From: a virus
Reading direction: 5' to 3' (one strand)
Length of the DNA stretch: 64,000 nt
IMG/VR virus record: IMGVR_UViG_3300037483_001116
Coordinates: 64,001-128,000 of that record
Below the pieces are notes generated by a model. The model did no database searches. It saw only the letters and a program-made list of their open reading frames with translations, and was not told the origin of the DNA. Shown here piece after piece: positions 16,550 to 29,700 of the stretch. How positions within the stretch are numbered: position 1 is the first letter of the stretch; the number at the start of each line of letters is the position of its first letter. The position numbers and the translations under genes are program-made.

Positions 16550-17790
16550 CCGACAAGACGCCGTATGGCCCTAAATCGAAAATTGACTATGGCGACCCTG
16601 GATACCAGTCGGACGGCAGAGCTAGGTATCCCCTTAATACCCCAGCCCACGTGAGAGCAGCGCTTGCCTATTTATCAATGCCCAAGAACGCTGCCAAGTA
16701 CAGCAAGGATCAACTGAAGAAGATCTGGGTACGGATCAAGGAAGCTGCCGACAAATATGGGATTGAGGTCTCGTATGACACTGGGGAAATGGGCACTGCA
16801 GCTGTTTCGATGGGAGACGACCCCGCCGCGCTGCTGGCATCAATCGCGCCCGTCGCCCCTCCGTCCGCATGGTTCCACGATCCCCGGCTGTCGGCGCCCA
16901 CGCCGCTGACCATCGAGGACAACGGCCGCGTCTATGGCCACTTGGCCCAGTGGAAGGTATGCCACGTCGGCATCGGCAACAAGTGTGTGATGGCGCCGAA
17001 GACCAGGACCAACTATCAGCTGTTCCGGGTCGGCACCGTCCGAACCGATGACGGGAAGACCATCCCCATTGGCAAGATCACCTTGGGGACGGGTCATGCC
17101 AGTGACCGGTGGGGCATCATGCCCAGCCGCGAACACTACGACAACACCGGCTGGGCCGCCGCTGTGGTCAATGTTGGTGAGGATCGGCATGGCATCTGGG
17201 TGAGTGGTTCGTTGACCACGACAATGACCCCGGAGCGTATTGCCGAGTTGCGTGCTGCGTCGTTATCTGGCGACTGGCGCGAGGTCAACTACAACCTGGA
17301 ACTGATCGCGGCCCTGGCCGTCAATAGTCCAGGTTTCCCGGTGTATCGGGAGCAGGGTGGCAGGAGTTTCAGCCTGATGGCGGTTGGCGTCATCGGCCAG
17401 GAGGAGGAGTACATGGACGAGGATGCTGAATTCTCCGTCGAGGAGATGGAAGAGGCTACCGGCTTCGCCGCCGCTAAAGACGCCGATGTCGAAGATGAGG
17501 AAGTCGACGAGGACGACGGCGAGTCTGGCGACGAGGATGACGATGGTGAAGACGACGACGATGCGGAGCTGTCGGCTCGGCTGGAGCGTTGGACCGCCAT
17601 CGAGGAAGAGCTGGAAGAGCATCAGCTAGAACGTCGGGCCGCTCAGCTGGCCGCCATTGATGATGAGCGGATGGCCCTGGCCGAAAAGTCGGAGCGCGCT
17701 GCACCGGCTGGGTCCGTGTCGCCGACCGCTGAGGATGACGCGGTTTTCATCCAGTACAACGCCCGCTTCCAGGCTTTAGCGCAGGAGTGA
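16546..17790 (+). CDS. protease-associated head morphogenesis protein with an acidic tail
   Basis: DPGYQSDGRARYPLN; APPSAWF..PTPLTI..GRVYGHLAQW..CH; LSGDWR..LELIAALAVNSPGFP; D/E-rich scaffold-like tail. Confidence 0.75.
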   Translation: MTDKTPYGPKSKIDYGDPGYQSDGRARYPLNTPAHVRAALAYLSMPKNAAKYSKDQLKKIWVRIKEAADKYGIEVSYDTGEMGTAAVSMGDDPAALLASIAPVAPPSAWFHDPRLSAPTPLTIEDNGRVYGHLAQWKVCHVGIGNKCVMAPKTRTNYQLFRVGTVRTDDGKTIPIGKITLGTGHASDRWGIMPSREHYDNTGWAAAVVNVGEDRHGIWVSGSLTTTMTPERIAELRAASLSGDWREVNYNLELIAALAVNSPGFPVYREQGGRSFSLMAVGVIGQEEEYMDEDAEFSVEEMEEATGFAAAKDADVEDEEVDEDDGESGDEDDDGEDDDDAELSARLERWTAIEEELEEHQLERRAAQLAAIDDERMALAEKSERAAPAGSVSPTAEDDAVFIQYNARFQALAQE

Positions 17791-17799
17791 GGATCTTCG

Positions 17800-20700
17800 G
17801 TGGCTATCGACCTTAGCCGGTGGAAGCCGGAATTGCACCCTCGTGACTCGAAGGGTCGGTTCCGCGACAAGTGGGGGCTGTCGCCTAAAGCCCGGTCCGA
17901 GGTGGACCGGCTGCTGGCGAACTTCACTGACACCCCCCCTCTTCGCAGCAATGAACATGCTGCGAGCTACCTGCGTACGCAGGCACCACCAAAGAGGTCG
18001 GACCGCCAGAAGGAAGCTATTCGGAAGTTCTTGAGCCGCGAAGGTAACGAGAACATCCAGTCGACGTTGCGGGCGCACGACAAGCCGACGCCCGACATCA
18101 AGGAACTTGACGGCATGATGGTGCCGTTGGAGCACGATCTGGTTCTGAGTCGAGTGGTAGGTCCGGACGCTTTTGGTCTCCGCGGCGAGGATATGGCCGG
18201 GGTCGAGGAGTGGAACGGCCAGAAGCTGATGGACTACGGCTTCTCGCCGTACAACATCGGTGACGCCTATCAGATCGCTGGACCGCATATCGAGATGCGG
18301 GTCCTGGTGCCGAAGGGCACTCCGGCTCTTATTGTCGGCGGTGACGGAAACAGCGCTGACGATGCCCGTACTGTCATTTTGCCGCGTGAGCTACCGACGC
18401 AGAACATCAAGATTCAAGATGATGGTCGCGGTGGCTGGTATGCCATGTCGGTTGTGGCTCCAGAGCAGGGTTCCGGGAAGGTGGCCCGAGGGCTGGCGGG
18501 TCGGCCGTTGCCGGCTCGGGACAAGTCGCCGGCTATTGAGGCCACGCCTGACGAGCTGGAGCGTCGTGGCATCTCCCCGGAGGAAGCTGGTGTCCCAGCC
18601 CCCCAGGAGCAGCCTGGACGGTTCGGCCCGGCGACTCCTGCGCCCGGCGCCGGGCAGCAGGTGTTGCCGCAGGCCGCCCCGACGGCGCAGAGTATCCCGA
18701 ACCCGGCCGCAGGCCCACCCGGCGACGCACCTGTACCTGAGGGTGTGGCCCAGCCAGCAAAGGCCATTAAGAAGGCCCAGGGTCAGATCCCAGTTGGTGC
18801 CGGCGGCGTTCCGGAGGAGGGTGTTGAGCCGACGCCTCGCGGAAAGATGCCTTCCCGGTCGGCCCGGGGTGTGGCAACTCCCGAGTCGCAGGCCGCCGAG
18901 GACGCGAAGACGCGGGCAGCGGCCGACAAAGAGGCCAAGGCCCGCGAGGATCGCCGGGTGGCGGCCGAAGAGGTCATGGCTCGGCGTGAGGAGCACATCG
19001 CCAGGCGCGAGACGCAGGTTGCCGAGCAGCAGGCGCAGATCAATGATCTACAGGCGCAGCAGATCGGTCAGCAGCAGGAGCTGATCGACCGGCTGATGCA
19101 GACACCTCCAGCCGCCGGTGGCGGGTCCGAGGGTGGTACCCGGGCCGCAGGTCTGTCTCCGGCGCAGAAGAGGGCCGTTAAAGGTCGGTTCCGGCCGGAA
19201 GGCACCTCGGACGAGGACCGTCGTCAGCAGGAGCTGGTCCGTCAGATCGACGCCGAGGAAGCTGCGGCGGCGGGCACGGGCGGAGATGGCGTTCCGGCGC
19301 CGACCAAAGCCGCTGGGGCTCCGGCTGCACCGCCAGCGCCGCCGGCCAAAAAGGGTATCAAGAAGGCCGCGAAGAAAGCTGCGCCTGAGGCAGCGGAAGC
19401 CGCCCGGGAAGCGCCAGGAACGGGCGGCGGCGAAGCGGAACAGGCTCCCGAGGACATCACCTTGGAGCAGGTCCGGGCCTACGGCGACGCAGACCGGGCC
19501 GCCATCGCCGACGTCAAGGATGAAGAATTCCCGGCCCTGACTCCCGAAGAGGCCACCGACGTTGAGCGCCTGTCACCGGAGCAGGAAGAGGTTTACTGGG
19601 CCCGGCGGGCGGCGGGCGCCATCCACACCCGGGCAATGCGTGGCCTGGGACCGCAGCCAGGGGCCAGGAAGAAGGCCGCGGCGGCCCGACTTGCGCCCGG
19701 GGCTCGACGCAGGAACTTCATCGGCCGGCAGGTCCGCGGCGAGCAGCTGAAAGAACTCCGCCCCGGCGACGTGGTCGAGGTTCCTTCCACCCGTGGCGGC
19801 AAAGGCGTCCAGCAGAAAACCGTTCGGGCCGTTGATGACGACGGCACCTTGATCTTCACCGACAATGAGCGTTTCGGCCGGGACCGCGGCTCAGTCAAGG
19901 TCGTTTCGCAGGGCAAGTTGAAGCCTTCGGCTGCCGCCCAGGGTAAGGCGCGGCGCTTGTCCGACCGCGTTGCTGCGGGCCTGAGTACCGACGAGACGAT
20001 CAAGGCTGTCCGCGACGGCCGGATCACGCCGGAGCAGGCCGCCAATAACCTCGACTCTAAGATCTACGGCTACCGCAAGCAGCAACTGCAGCTGGGCGAC
20101 AACGCCCCGCCGGAATTGACACGGGTTATTGACGCCCTGGTGAAGATGCGGGCTGACCTGCGGGGCGAAGGCACCCCGTCGGCAGACGAGGCCAAGAAGA
20201 CCACGGCTGCGGTCAAGCGCGCGACCAAGAAGGTCGCCGCGGACCGCGAAATCAGCGGCGAAGAGGTGCCGCTGGAGGCTGTCCGTCAGACCCCGGCGTT
20301 GAAGAAGGCCGCCGCCAAGTCAATCAAGAAGACCGCAGCAGCTGCCGGTCCCGACCTGGTTGATGCGGACCGGCCGGATGCCGCCAACGTCAATGCGGTG
20401 CGGCAGGCGAAGAGCCTGGGCGACGTGAACGCAGTCGCTGGCCGGCTTGGGGTCCGGATTCCGGCAACTGTGGGTCGACGGGAAGACCGGCGGGCCTTCC
20501 TGGAGAAGGCACTGTCCATGCAGGACGGTGAGTCGAAGGCTGATTACGACGCCCGGATCACGGAGCTGGGTAAGGCTCCGACGGGACCGGTGCGTGGTCG
20601 GCCGCGGAAGGCACGCCCAGGGGCGCCTGAAACTGTTGCGCCCGAGACGCCAGCGGCGGCTCCGGCCAAGAAGGCCAGCCGTCTGGCAAGGAAGGCTGCT

Positions 20701-23700
20701 CCAGTAGCCGAGGCCCCACCGGCCAAGAAGGCAGCCAAGAAGGTTGTTGCCGCCCCCGAGGGCCCGAAGCCCGTCAAAGCCCGTAAGGGTGCGGCCCCGG
20801 CGAAGGTAACCAAGGCTGCGAAGGCCACACCGGAGGCCCCGGCTAAGAAGGTTGCCGCCAAGGCTCCAGCGAAGGCCATCAAGAAGGCTGCTCCCGTCAA
20901 GGCCGCTAAGGCTGCGCCCGAGAAGCCGACCATCACCCGGGCCACGCCTCTGGCCAAAATGTCAGATGACGACGTCCTGGCCGAAGCCGGCCGCATCGAG
21001 GGTGCGCCTGAGACTCCACGCCAGCGGGCTGTTGCCCGTCGTGCCGCTGCGATCAACACTCGTCGCGAACGTACGCAGGCGCGGGAGCAGGTGCAGGCCG
21101 CTCGTGCCTCCGAAGCCGAGGCCCGCAAGGCGACCGCAGAGGCCAAGAAAGAGGCCGCTGCCGCACGGCTGGACGCTGCCAACGCCCGGAAGGAAGCCGC
21201 TGCCGCGAAGAAGACGGCTGCCGCGGCCAAGAAGGCTGCGCCAGAGAAGAAGGCTGCGGCGCCAGCCAAAAAGGTGGCCAAGGCAGCTACGACCAAGGTC
21301 GTAAAGAAGGCCTCCGCGCCAGAGAAGGCCGCCCCGGCCAAGAAGGTCGCTAAGGCTGCTCCTGAGCGGCCGGTTAAGGTTCTCCGTAAAGGTGCAGTCA
21401 AGAAGGCGCCAGCGTCAGCCTTTGATCGGGCCGACGCCATGTCACGGCTGCAAAACTTTGAAAACCCGCCCAGCCGCGAAGAGGCCGGAGCGTTGCTGGA
21501 GAACGCTTCCCGTGCGGATCTCGTTGCCATGGCGAAGGAAATAAGCGTTCCGGGTGCCTCCCGGAAGACGTCGCCGGAGCTGCGTCGGGAAGTCGTCGAG
21601 GCCACGGCTGGTCGGCGCCTTGATTCGATTGCCATCCGCGGATTCCGTGGCAAACGTCCAGGACAGAGGGCACCTGAGGAGCGGTCTGTCCGTCGCGTCA
21701 AGGCCCCGGTTGAGGATGCGGGGATTGGTCGTCGGGAGATTGCACCCATCCCAGGCGCTGTTCGTCGGCCGGGATTGGCAAATCCATCTGCATCTGCCAT
21801 CAAGCGCGGCGACCGGATCATGGTCACACGGAACGCCGATGGCCAGTGGGTTCGCACCATGAACAAGGGCGGCGCGGTTCCGCTGACTGTTGATTCAGTC
21901 GAGCGGGCGCTCGCTGGAAATCAGACTGGATACGTCTTCCACGGCAAGACGGACGACGGCAAGGACATCAGCACTGCCCCAGTGTTCGGGCAGAACGTTT
22001 TCAAGCGGGCCCCCGAGAAGGTGGCGGCGCCAGCGGTTGCGAAGAAGGCCCCAGCTAAGGCCATCAAGAAGGCCGCTCCCGCCGCACCAGAAAAGCCGAC
22101 CGTCACTGCGAAGAAAACCGCTAAAGCTGCCCCTGGTGGGCTGTTGCAGCGGGTTGTGGCTGACCTGGAGCAAGACAAGCAGGATCGTGCGGCAGCCAAA
22201 AAGGCTCCAGCGAAGAAGGTCCCGGCTAAAGCGATCAAGAAGGCGGCTCCGGAGAAGCCGGTCATCACCCGAGCTGCGCCAGTGTCCAAGATGGACGATG
22301 ACGCAGTCGTGGCCGAGGCCGCCAAGATCGAAGGTGCGCCTTCAACGCCTCGCGAGCGGGCGGTTTCCCGTAAGGCCGGACTCATCAGTGCCCGTCGTGA
22401 GCGGGGAGCGGCCAAGGCCGCAAAGGCTCCGGCGAAGAAGGCCACCAAGGCGCTTGCTGAGCCCAAGAAGCCGATGGCCGGCTACCGCGACACCGGTGAA
22501 GTTGTTCCCGAGGCAGACCGCGAAGGACTGCACGTCTCGCCGCAGAAATGGGGCGGCTACGGCGTTTACGACGGCAAGCAGGACCGCGTCGAAGCCGACT
22601 ACAAGACCGAGGCCACGGCACGGCGCCGGGTCCGGGAACTGCAGGCCGGCGACACGGTCAAGGCCATCATCCCCAAGGAGCGCACCGCCCGGCAGCAGGC
22701 CGCGGACAAGAAGGAAGCCGACCGTCAGAACGCTTTGGCGCGGGCGGCTGGGCGTGGGTCTGAGGTTGAGGCTCCTGCCGCAAAGAAGGCTCCGGCGAAG
22801 AAGGCCGCAGCTCCGACGCCCCTCGACGAGGACGAACGGCTTCTCGGCCCGGCGCTGTCCCGGGTGACTCGGGCGCAGCGCGCACAGGGCATCCCTGACG
22901 ACAAGATCCTGACCAATCCGGCTGACGCCAAGGCCGGCATGTACGTCTACTGGTCGCCCTCGAATCGGTTCAACAAGTTGGTCCGTCCACGCACCCGCCC
23001 CGGCAAGGGCTGGCACGTGGAGGATGGCAACCCGCAGTACCTGGGCTCCTTGCCGCAGGCCCAGGTTGATTCAGCGGTTGCTGAGTACAACCGCATGGCC
23101 GACCAGATCAAGGCTGCCCGCAAGAAGGTGCCAGCCAAGGCGGTCAAGAAGGCTGTACCTGAGAAGGCTGTACCTGAGAAGGTGGCGCCGGCCAAGGTGA
23201 CCAAGGTCGCACCGGCCAAGGAGGTTGTCGCTAAGGCTGTTCCTGGAAAGGCAACAGTCGCCAAGGCTGCACCCGAGAAGCCGGTCATCAAGCGCGCCAG
23301 CAAGAAGGCCCCGGCCACCCGCGGCATCACCGAGGCGGAGAAAAAGGCCCCGCCAACACCGGTGGGTGCCGCACGTCCTGAGGCCGCTGCCGCAACCGTC
23401 CGGCCCGCAGCGTCGTGGACTCCCGGTAGCGGTATGGATACGTCGCTGTACCTGTCGCTTCAGCAGTCGCTCGGCAAGGCCAAGGTCAAGAACCTCAACA
23501 CCTTGGACCGTGAGACCCGCGTTGCCAGCCGGCACCAGAATGTGCCGGCTGCCTACCAGGCTTTGCGTGCCGATCTGGCCGGCAGTCCCGACCTACAGGA
23601 CCGGCTGGACCGTTGGTACCGGTCCACATTCAAGCCGGCCGGCGGCAAAGACAAGGACCTGACCCGGTCGCTGCGTCGCGGTGTCACGGTTGAAGATGCA

Positions 23701-26700
23701 CCGCGGACGCCGCGGAAGGTCATGCCGTCGACCCCTGCGGCTGACGCTAAGATCCGCGCCACCGTCAAGGGACTGTCGCCGGAACTTCAGAAGGAATTGC
23801 TGGACAGCATGACTCCGGAGCAGCGGAAGGCTGTTCAGGATGCGATTGACCGTGTCGATGTGAAACTGGCGGCCCGGAAGGTCACCAAGGCAGCGAAGGC
23901 GGCCCCTGAGGCGCCGGCTCCGGCAAAGGCGGCCAGAAAGGTTACCCGGAAGGCAACAACGGAGGCCGTTCCCGCCGCTCCGGCGAAGAAGGCTTCGATC
24001 AAGAAGGCGCCAGCTAAAGCCGCTGCTCCTGAGCGGCCAGTCAAAGTCACCCGCAGAGGAGAAGCAGAGTCGCCAACAGCTGCTGCCCGTCGGGAGCGGG
24101 CAGAGCGTCGAGCGCAGCGACCGGCCCTGGAGTCGAAGGAGCGGAAGGCCGCCAAGGCTGAGGTTGCCCGTAAGGCGAAGGCCACTGATGCCCGCATCGC
24201 GGCGGAGCGGAAGGTCGAAGATAAGGCCCATGCTGACTTCATCCGGCCGATCCTCAAAGACGCTGGGGTCAAGCGGTCGGACCTGTCGGACCTGGACCAG
24301 ACTGGGCTGCGGGTGGTCAGCGACAAGCTGCGCGCCGGCCGGATCAGCAAGGCTACGGCGGCTCGGCGGCTGCGGACCGACCGTGACTCGCCGCTCAACA
24401 AGATCGCCGACGCGATTGAAGCCAAGCCCCGTAAGGCCGCAGTCAAGAAGGCTGCACCTGAGGCCCCAACGAAGGCTGCCAAGGCTCCAGCGAAGGTCAT
24501 CAAGAAGACAGCCACTAAGGCTGCTCCGGGGAGGCCAGTCAAGGTCACCCGGCGGGCGGACGAGAAAGCCGCCGCCATTGAAGCTCCAGCTAAGGCCGCA
24601 AAGGCGCCAGCGAAGGCCATCAAGAAGGCCGCCGTCGCCAAGAAGGCTGCACCAGAGGCAGCTCCGGCAGCGAAGCTGACCCGTGCCCCTAAAGGCGTGG
24701 ACAGTAAGCTGGTCGACGACCTCACCCCGGACCAGGTCGCACAGATCAACGACTTGAGCCCGGACAGTCAGGACCAGTACTGGGGCCGGCGGGTCACCCG
24801 CGGCATTGGTCACGACAGCGCCTGGCGGTCCGTACCGAAGGGCGACGTTGAGGCCCTTCGCGTTCCGAGTCAGGAGCCTCGTACACCGAGCCCGGCCCGT
24901 GGGCCTGGCGATGCGGCAGCAGTGGAGGCGTTGCGTCGTCCTACCATTGGCCGTCGCGGGACTGGTTCCCAGCGGCTGACCGAAGACGAAAAAGACAGCA
25001 TCATTCGACAGGCCGCCGACGCCAAGGCCGCCAATCCGAACTTCCCTGTGACACGAGAAGACCAGGACTTGGCCCGGGAGGCCGCAGAAATCCAGGAGGC
25101 CCGCGGCTCCACCACCAAGGCCGTCAAAGCCACCAAGAAGGTAGCCCCGAGGGAGGTCGTCAAGAAGGTCGCCCCGAACGTTGTCAAGACCCGGGAACGT
25201 CGGGCCAAGCAGTATGACGAGGCCGTCGGTGACGTTCCCGGCGACAGGGGTGGCCTGCTGCGCAGCACCAAGAAGGCCCTCGCGGAGGGGGAACCGGCAG
25301 CTACCGCCAAGAAACGTCTCGGCGACCGGGCTGAAAGTCTCCGAACTCAGGCCGAGCTGCTGCGCGAAAAGGGCAACAGTGACGTCCTTGGTCAAGAAAT
25401 CGCCAAACTTGAACGCGACGCCGACACCTATCAGCGTGCCGCAGACCTGGCCGGTAAGCGGGTTGTGCCGGTCAAGAAGGCCGTTAGGCCTGGCGAAAAG
25501 GTAGCCGTCAAGGATCTGGAAGACGGTGACGTTGCTGTTCTTGACGGCAAGAAGGGTGTGTTCCGGCAGCCGAAGCCTCGGACTACGTTCATTGAGTTCC
25601 CGGACGGTAGCCAGGAGAAGGTTCAGAAGTCGCGTCTGGCGTCGATGGTGCGGGAGAAGCGCCTTGCCCTCACCGGCGGCCCTCAGCGCACCGGTGTGCC
25701 GGAAGCTGAAGTCCCAGCGGCGGCGAAGAAGGCCCGACCCAGCATCAAGCGGCCACCGGCCACCGCGGCGGCTGAAACGCCTGGCAACGTGGGGGATCGG
25801 CGCCGGCTGGATGCCCTTGGTGACCGGCGGGATATGGCCAAGGCCCGCGCCGACGAGCTGGTCCAGGACGGTAAGACGTCCCCGGCGGCGTGGCGACAGG
25901 CTCTGGACGAGGTTGGCGCGCTTCCGGAGGAGAGGTCTGTCCGGCGCCGCTTGACTGGCCCCGTGGGTGGGGAAGGCAACGTCGACACCAGTCTCGAATC
26001 CCGACGGGCCAAGAAAGCGGTCCGGACCGTGACGCCGGGCGGCGAGTCACAGGTCGTGCCGTTGAAGCGGGGTGCGAAGAAAGCTGCTGCGCCCGAGGTT
26101 GAGGCTCCAGCGGCGAAGAAGGCTACCAAGAAGGTGGCGGCGGCTAGGCCTGAACGGCCAGTCAAGGTCACCAAGGCGGCGGAGACGCGGGCCGCGAAGA
26201 AGGCAGCTAAAGCTGCACCGGCGGCGCCAGCGGGACCGACGCCGCAGGAGGCACGTCGGGCCGCCCAGGCGGAGGCACGTCGGGTCCGGGAAGATGCCCG
26301 CCGTCAGGCCCGCGAGGCGCGGGAGGCAGTGTCGGCGGGACGGGCCAGCGAACGGCAGAAGAAGTACGGCCCCGGCGGCCCCAGTCACATCGACATGGCC
26401 CAGGTCGGCGACATTCGCAATGTGGATGTCACCGACGAACAAGCCGACCTTAACAACGGCAAGACGCCGACTGAGGTTGCCAAGAAACTGGACTTCCGCG
26501 CCCGCGGCACCAAGAACAGTGCGGCGATTATCGACGGCGGATGGGACAACGAAGCCAACCAGCGGCGCCTGGCTGACGACCCCGAATACTACGGACCCCT
26601 TCTCAGGGCACAGCGGGAAAGGTACGAGGAGGGAATCGCGCGTGGCGACCGGCTTCAGGAGCTGGCCGACAAACTGCGCGCCACCCGCCGCCCGGTGGCC

Positions 26701-29700
26701 CGTAAAGCTGTAGCCAAGAAGGCGGCGCCTGAGGCCCCAGCGCCGACTAAGGCAACCAAGGCTGCGAGGAAGGCTGCGCCCGCGGCCCCAGCGAAGGTGG
26801 CAAAGGTCGCCGCCAAGAAGGCGGCCCCTGAAGCTCCAGCTAAGGTGGCCAAGAAGGTTGCGGCTAAGGCTCCCGCTAAGGCTCCCGCAAAGGCCATCAA
26901 GAAGGCTGCCCCGGCTGAAGTTCCCGTGCATGAACGGCCTGACGTTAAGGCCGTCACCGACCGGCTGCCGGAAGTCCACCAGGACCAGATCCGACGGATG
27001 CTGACCGGCGACTACCGGGTGGCGAAAAACCGTCGCAGCCAGGCCTCGGCGCTGCGCAAGCAGGCCGCGTTCCGCCGCAACAGTGCCGACTCGTCGCTGC
27101 GGCAGAATCCTAACCTGCAGCGGGTCCGAGATGAACACGCCCGCGACATGGCCATTGCTGACCACTACGACCGGGTCGCGGACCTGATCTACCCGAAGCC
27201 AGGGTCGACGCCGTCGCGAAAGAAGCTTCCCGACGTTCAGGAAACGTTGGCGTCGAAGGTCAACGCCGCGGCGAAAATCATGGGCAACAGCCCTGCCGAC
27301 GAGCCGGTCCGCAAGGCCCTCGACTCGGGCGACAACAGCAATGTGGTCAGTGTCCGCAGCCGGGCGCAGGACCTGCGTGACGGGGCGAAGCGGATGCGGG
27401 CCGCGGGTGTGCTGCGCCGCCGGTCGAAGGACAAGGACGAACGGGAACTGGGTCTGCGGCAGGTTGCCGCGGCGAAGGAAATGGAGACGGCGGCCGGCGC
27501 GTTTGACGCCCACGCCGACACCATCCCAGAAGCCAGGGCCACCAAGCAGTTGGCCGCCGAGGTCCGTCGTACTGATCTGGTGCAGCGGCGGGAGCAGGCC
27601 CGGTTTGACCGGCGCCGGCAGCAAGGTATCGGTGCCGGCCTGGATGAGGCCGAGGCTGACGACTTTGCCCGCGGGGCGTCGACCATTGGCCAGTGGCGCC
27701 GCCGCAACGCCCCAGTTCCGGAGAAGAAGGCCGTTCCGGCGAAGGCGGCCAAGAAGGTAGCGAAGAAGGCTCCGGCGGAGGCCCCTGAGCGGCCAGTCAA
27801 GGTTATCCGTAGAGCCAAGAAGGCGACGGCCGCGGAGGCGCCGCCAGAGCGTCCAGTTCGACGCAGCAGCAAGGCTGTGCCGGACGCCGAGTCCGCCACG
27901 CCAGCCAAGAAGGCCCCGGCAAAGGCTGCCGGAAACGTGCAGTTGGACCGGGACCTTGATGTGTGGGAGAAGACCCGCATCAAGATCGAGGATCACCTTG
28001 GAAAGCTGCGGGCTCAACGCGAGAAGTCTGGTGACACGACACCAAGCGCCGATGAGCAGCGTTCAGCGCGCGCCTTGGGTCGGGCCATCAAGAGGATCGA
28101 CGGGCTGAAGGCAGAGAAGGCGTCGGTTGCCAAGAAAGCTCCGGCGAAGGCCATCAAGAAGGTTGCTCCTTCCGCTCCGGCCGCCAAGAAGGCGGTGCCG
28201 GCGAAGAAGACGGTGCCACTGAAGAAGGCTGCACCCGAGGCTCCGGCCAGGGCAGCGAAAAAGGCCGCCCCGGAAAAGCCGACTATCACCCGTAAGGCGA
28301 CCAAGGCAGCAGCTCCGGCGGCGACTCCTCGTCGCACCGCGGCTCAGAAAATTGCCGGGTCGAGGAAGTCTCGCGTCGAGGCGCCGGAGGGCTATGACCG
28401 GAAGACTGTTCCGGTCAGCAAGGCGTCGTGGGGTATCAAGTACCCGGACTACAAGCCGAACAGGTTCACCGCTGACGTCGTCAAGAAGAACGACGAAACG
28501 CTGCGCCCCCCAGGCAACACCGATCCCACCAAGTACTGGGCCGACCCGCCGAACGTCAAAGACGTCAAGCGGGAGTTCCGCAGCTACGAGGGCCCGGTCA
28601 AGCTGGACGCCGAGGGCCGGCCGCAGAACCCGTACACCCGCACCGGCGTGCAGGACCGCGGCGAGCTGGGTAAGTGGGGCGCCAACTTTGCCGGCGACGC
28701 CATTGTCACCCGGGTAGATCCGGAGACTGGCCGCTTGCAGATGCTGACCATTCGCCGTAAAGATGGTCAGCCCGCTATTCCTGGCGGAATGGTCGACTTC
28801 AACGAAGACATCTGGAAGACCCGCCGCCGGGAACTAAAGGAAGAAACCGGCGTCGACCTCGACCTCGCTGACTCCAAGGAAATCTACAAAGGTTATGTCG
28901 ATGATCCACGCAACACCGACAACGCGTGGATGGAAACGTCGGTTGGCCACAAGCACCTGAGCCCAGAAGAGGGTGCCAGGACCGACAAGTTCAGGCCCGA
29001 CAGCGAAGACGAAATCAAGGGCGTCTACTGGGCTGACGTCGACCCGGACATGATGGATGGTCTGTTCGCCAGCCACGGCGACTTCGTTGCCACCATGGCC
29101 GAACAGATGGCATCCGATAGGGGCCTGTCGCTAGCTGAGCGTCGCCGGCTGCGTTCTGCGGTCCGGACCCGCGCTGCCAGAAAGGTTGCCGCACCGAAGA
29201 AGAAGGTCCTGTCGAAGGCTGCCGTCAAGGCGTTGCCGGATCAGCCGGACCAGCCGACCGCCGCTAAGGCCACGAAGGCTGCCAAGGCTCCCGCGAAGGC
29301 CATCAAGAAGGCTGCCCCGACCACCGCAGAGGCTGCCCCGGCCAAGAAGGCGGTTCCGCCGACCAAGCGGACCCTTGGGCAGAACATGGCCAACCTTCGC
29401 GCCGCTACGACACCGGAGGAAGCCGACGCTGCGCTGGACAAGCTCACCGAGAATCAGCTGTGGTGGATCCGCCAGGAGCTGAAGACAGCTACCGAGAAGC
29501 AGGGTTCGAGCTGGACCCGGGCTCATTCACGTCGCGCCATCGTCGAGAAGCTCTTCCCTGCCAAGAAGGCTGCCCCAGAGAAGCCGACCATCACTCGCAG
29601 GGCTACTAAGGCTGCCGCCCCTGAGGGGCCAGCGAAGGCCACAAAGGGGCTGCGCCGCGCCGGCAGCAACGACGAAGCTCCGGGGCGTCTTGATGCCGAG

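Noticed and set aside
15850-16560. Group I intron around the EndoVII gene
   Set aside because: The endonuclease ORF overlaps both neighbours, leaving no non-coding room for an intron core
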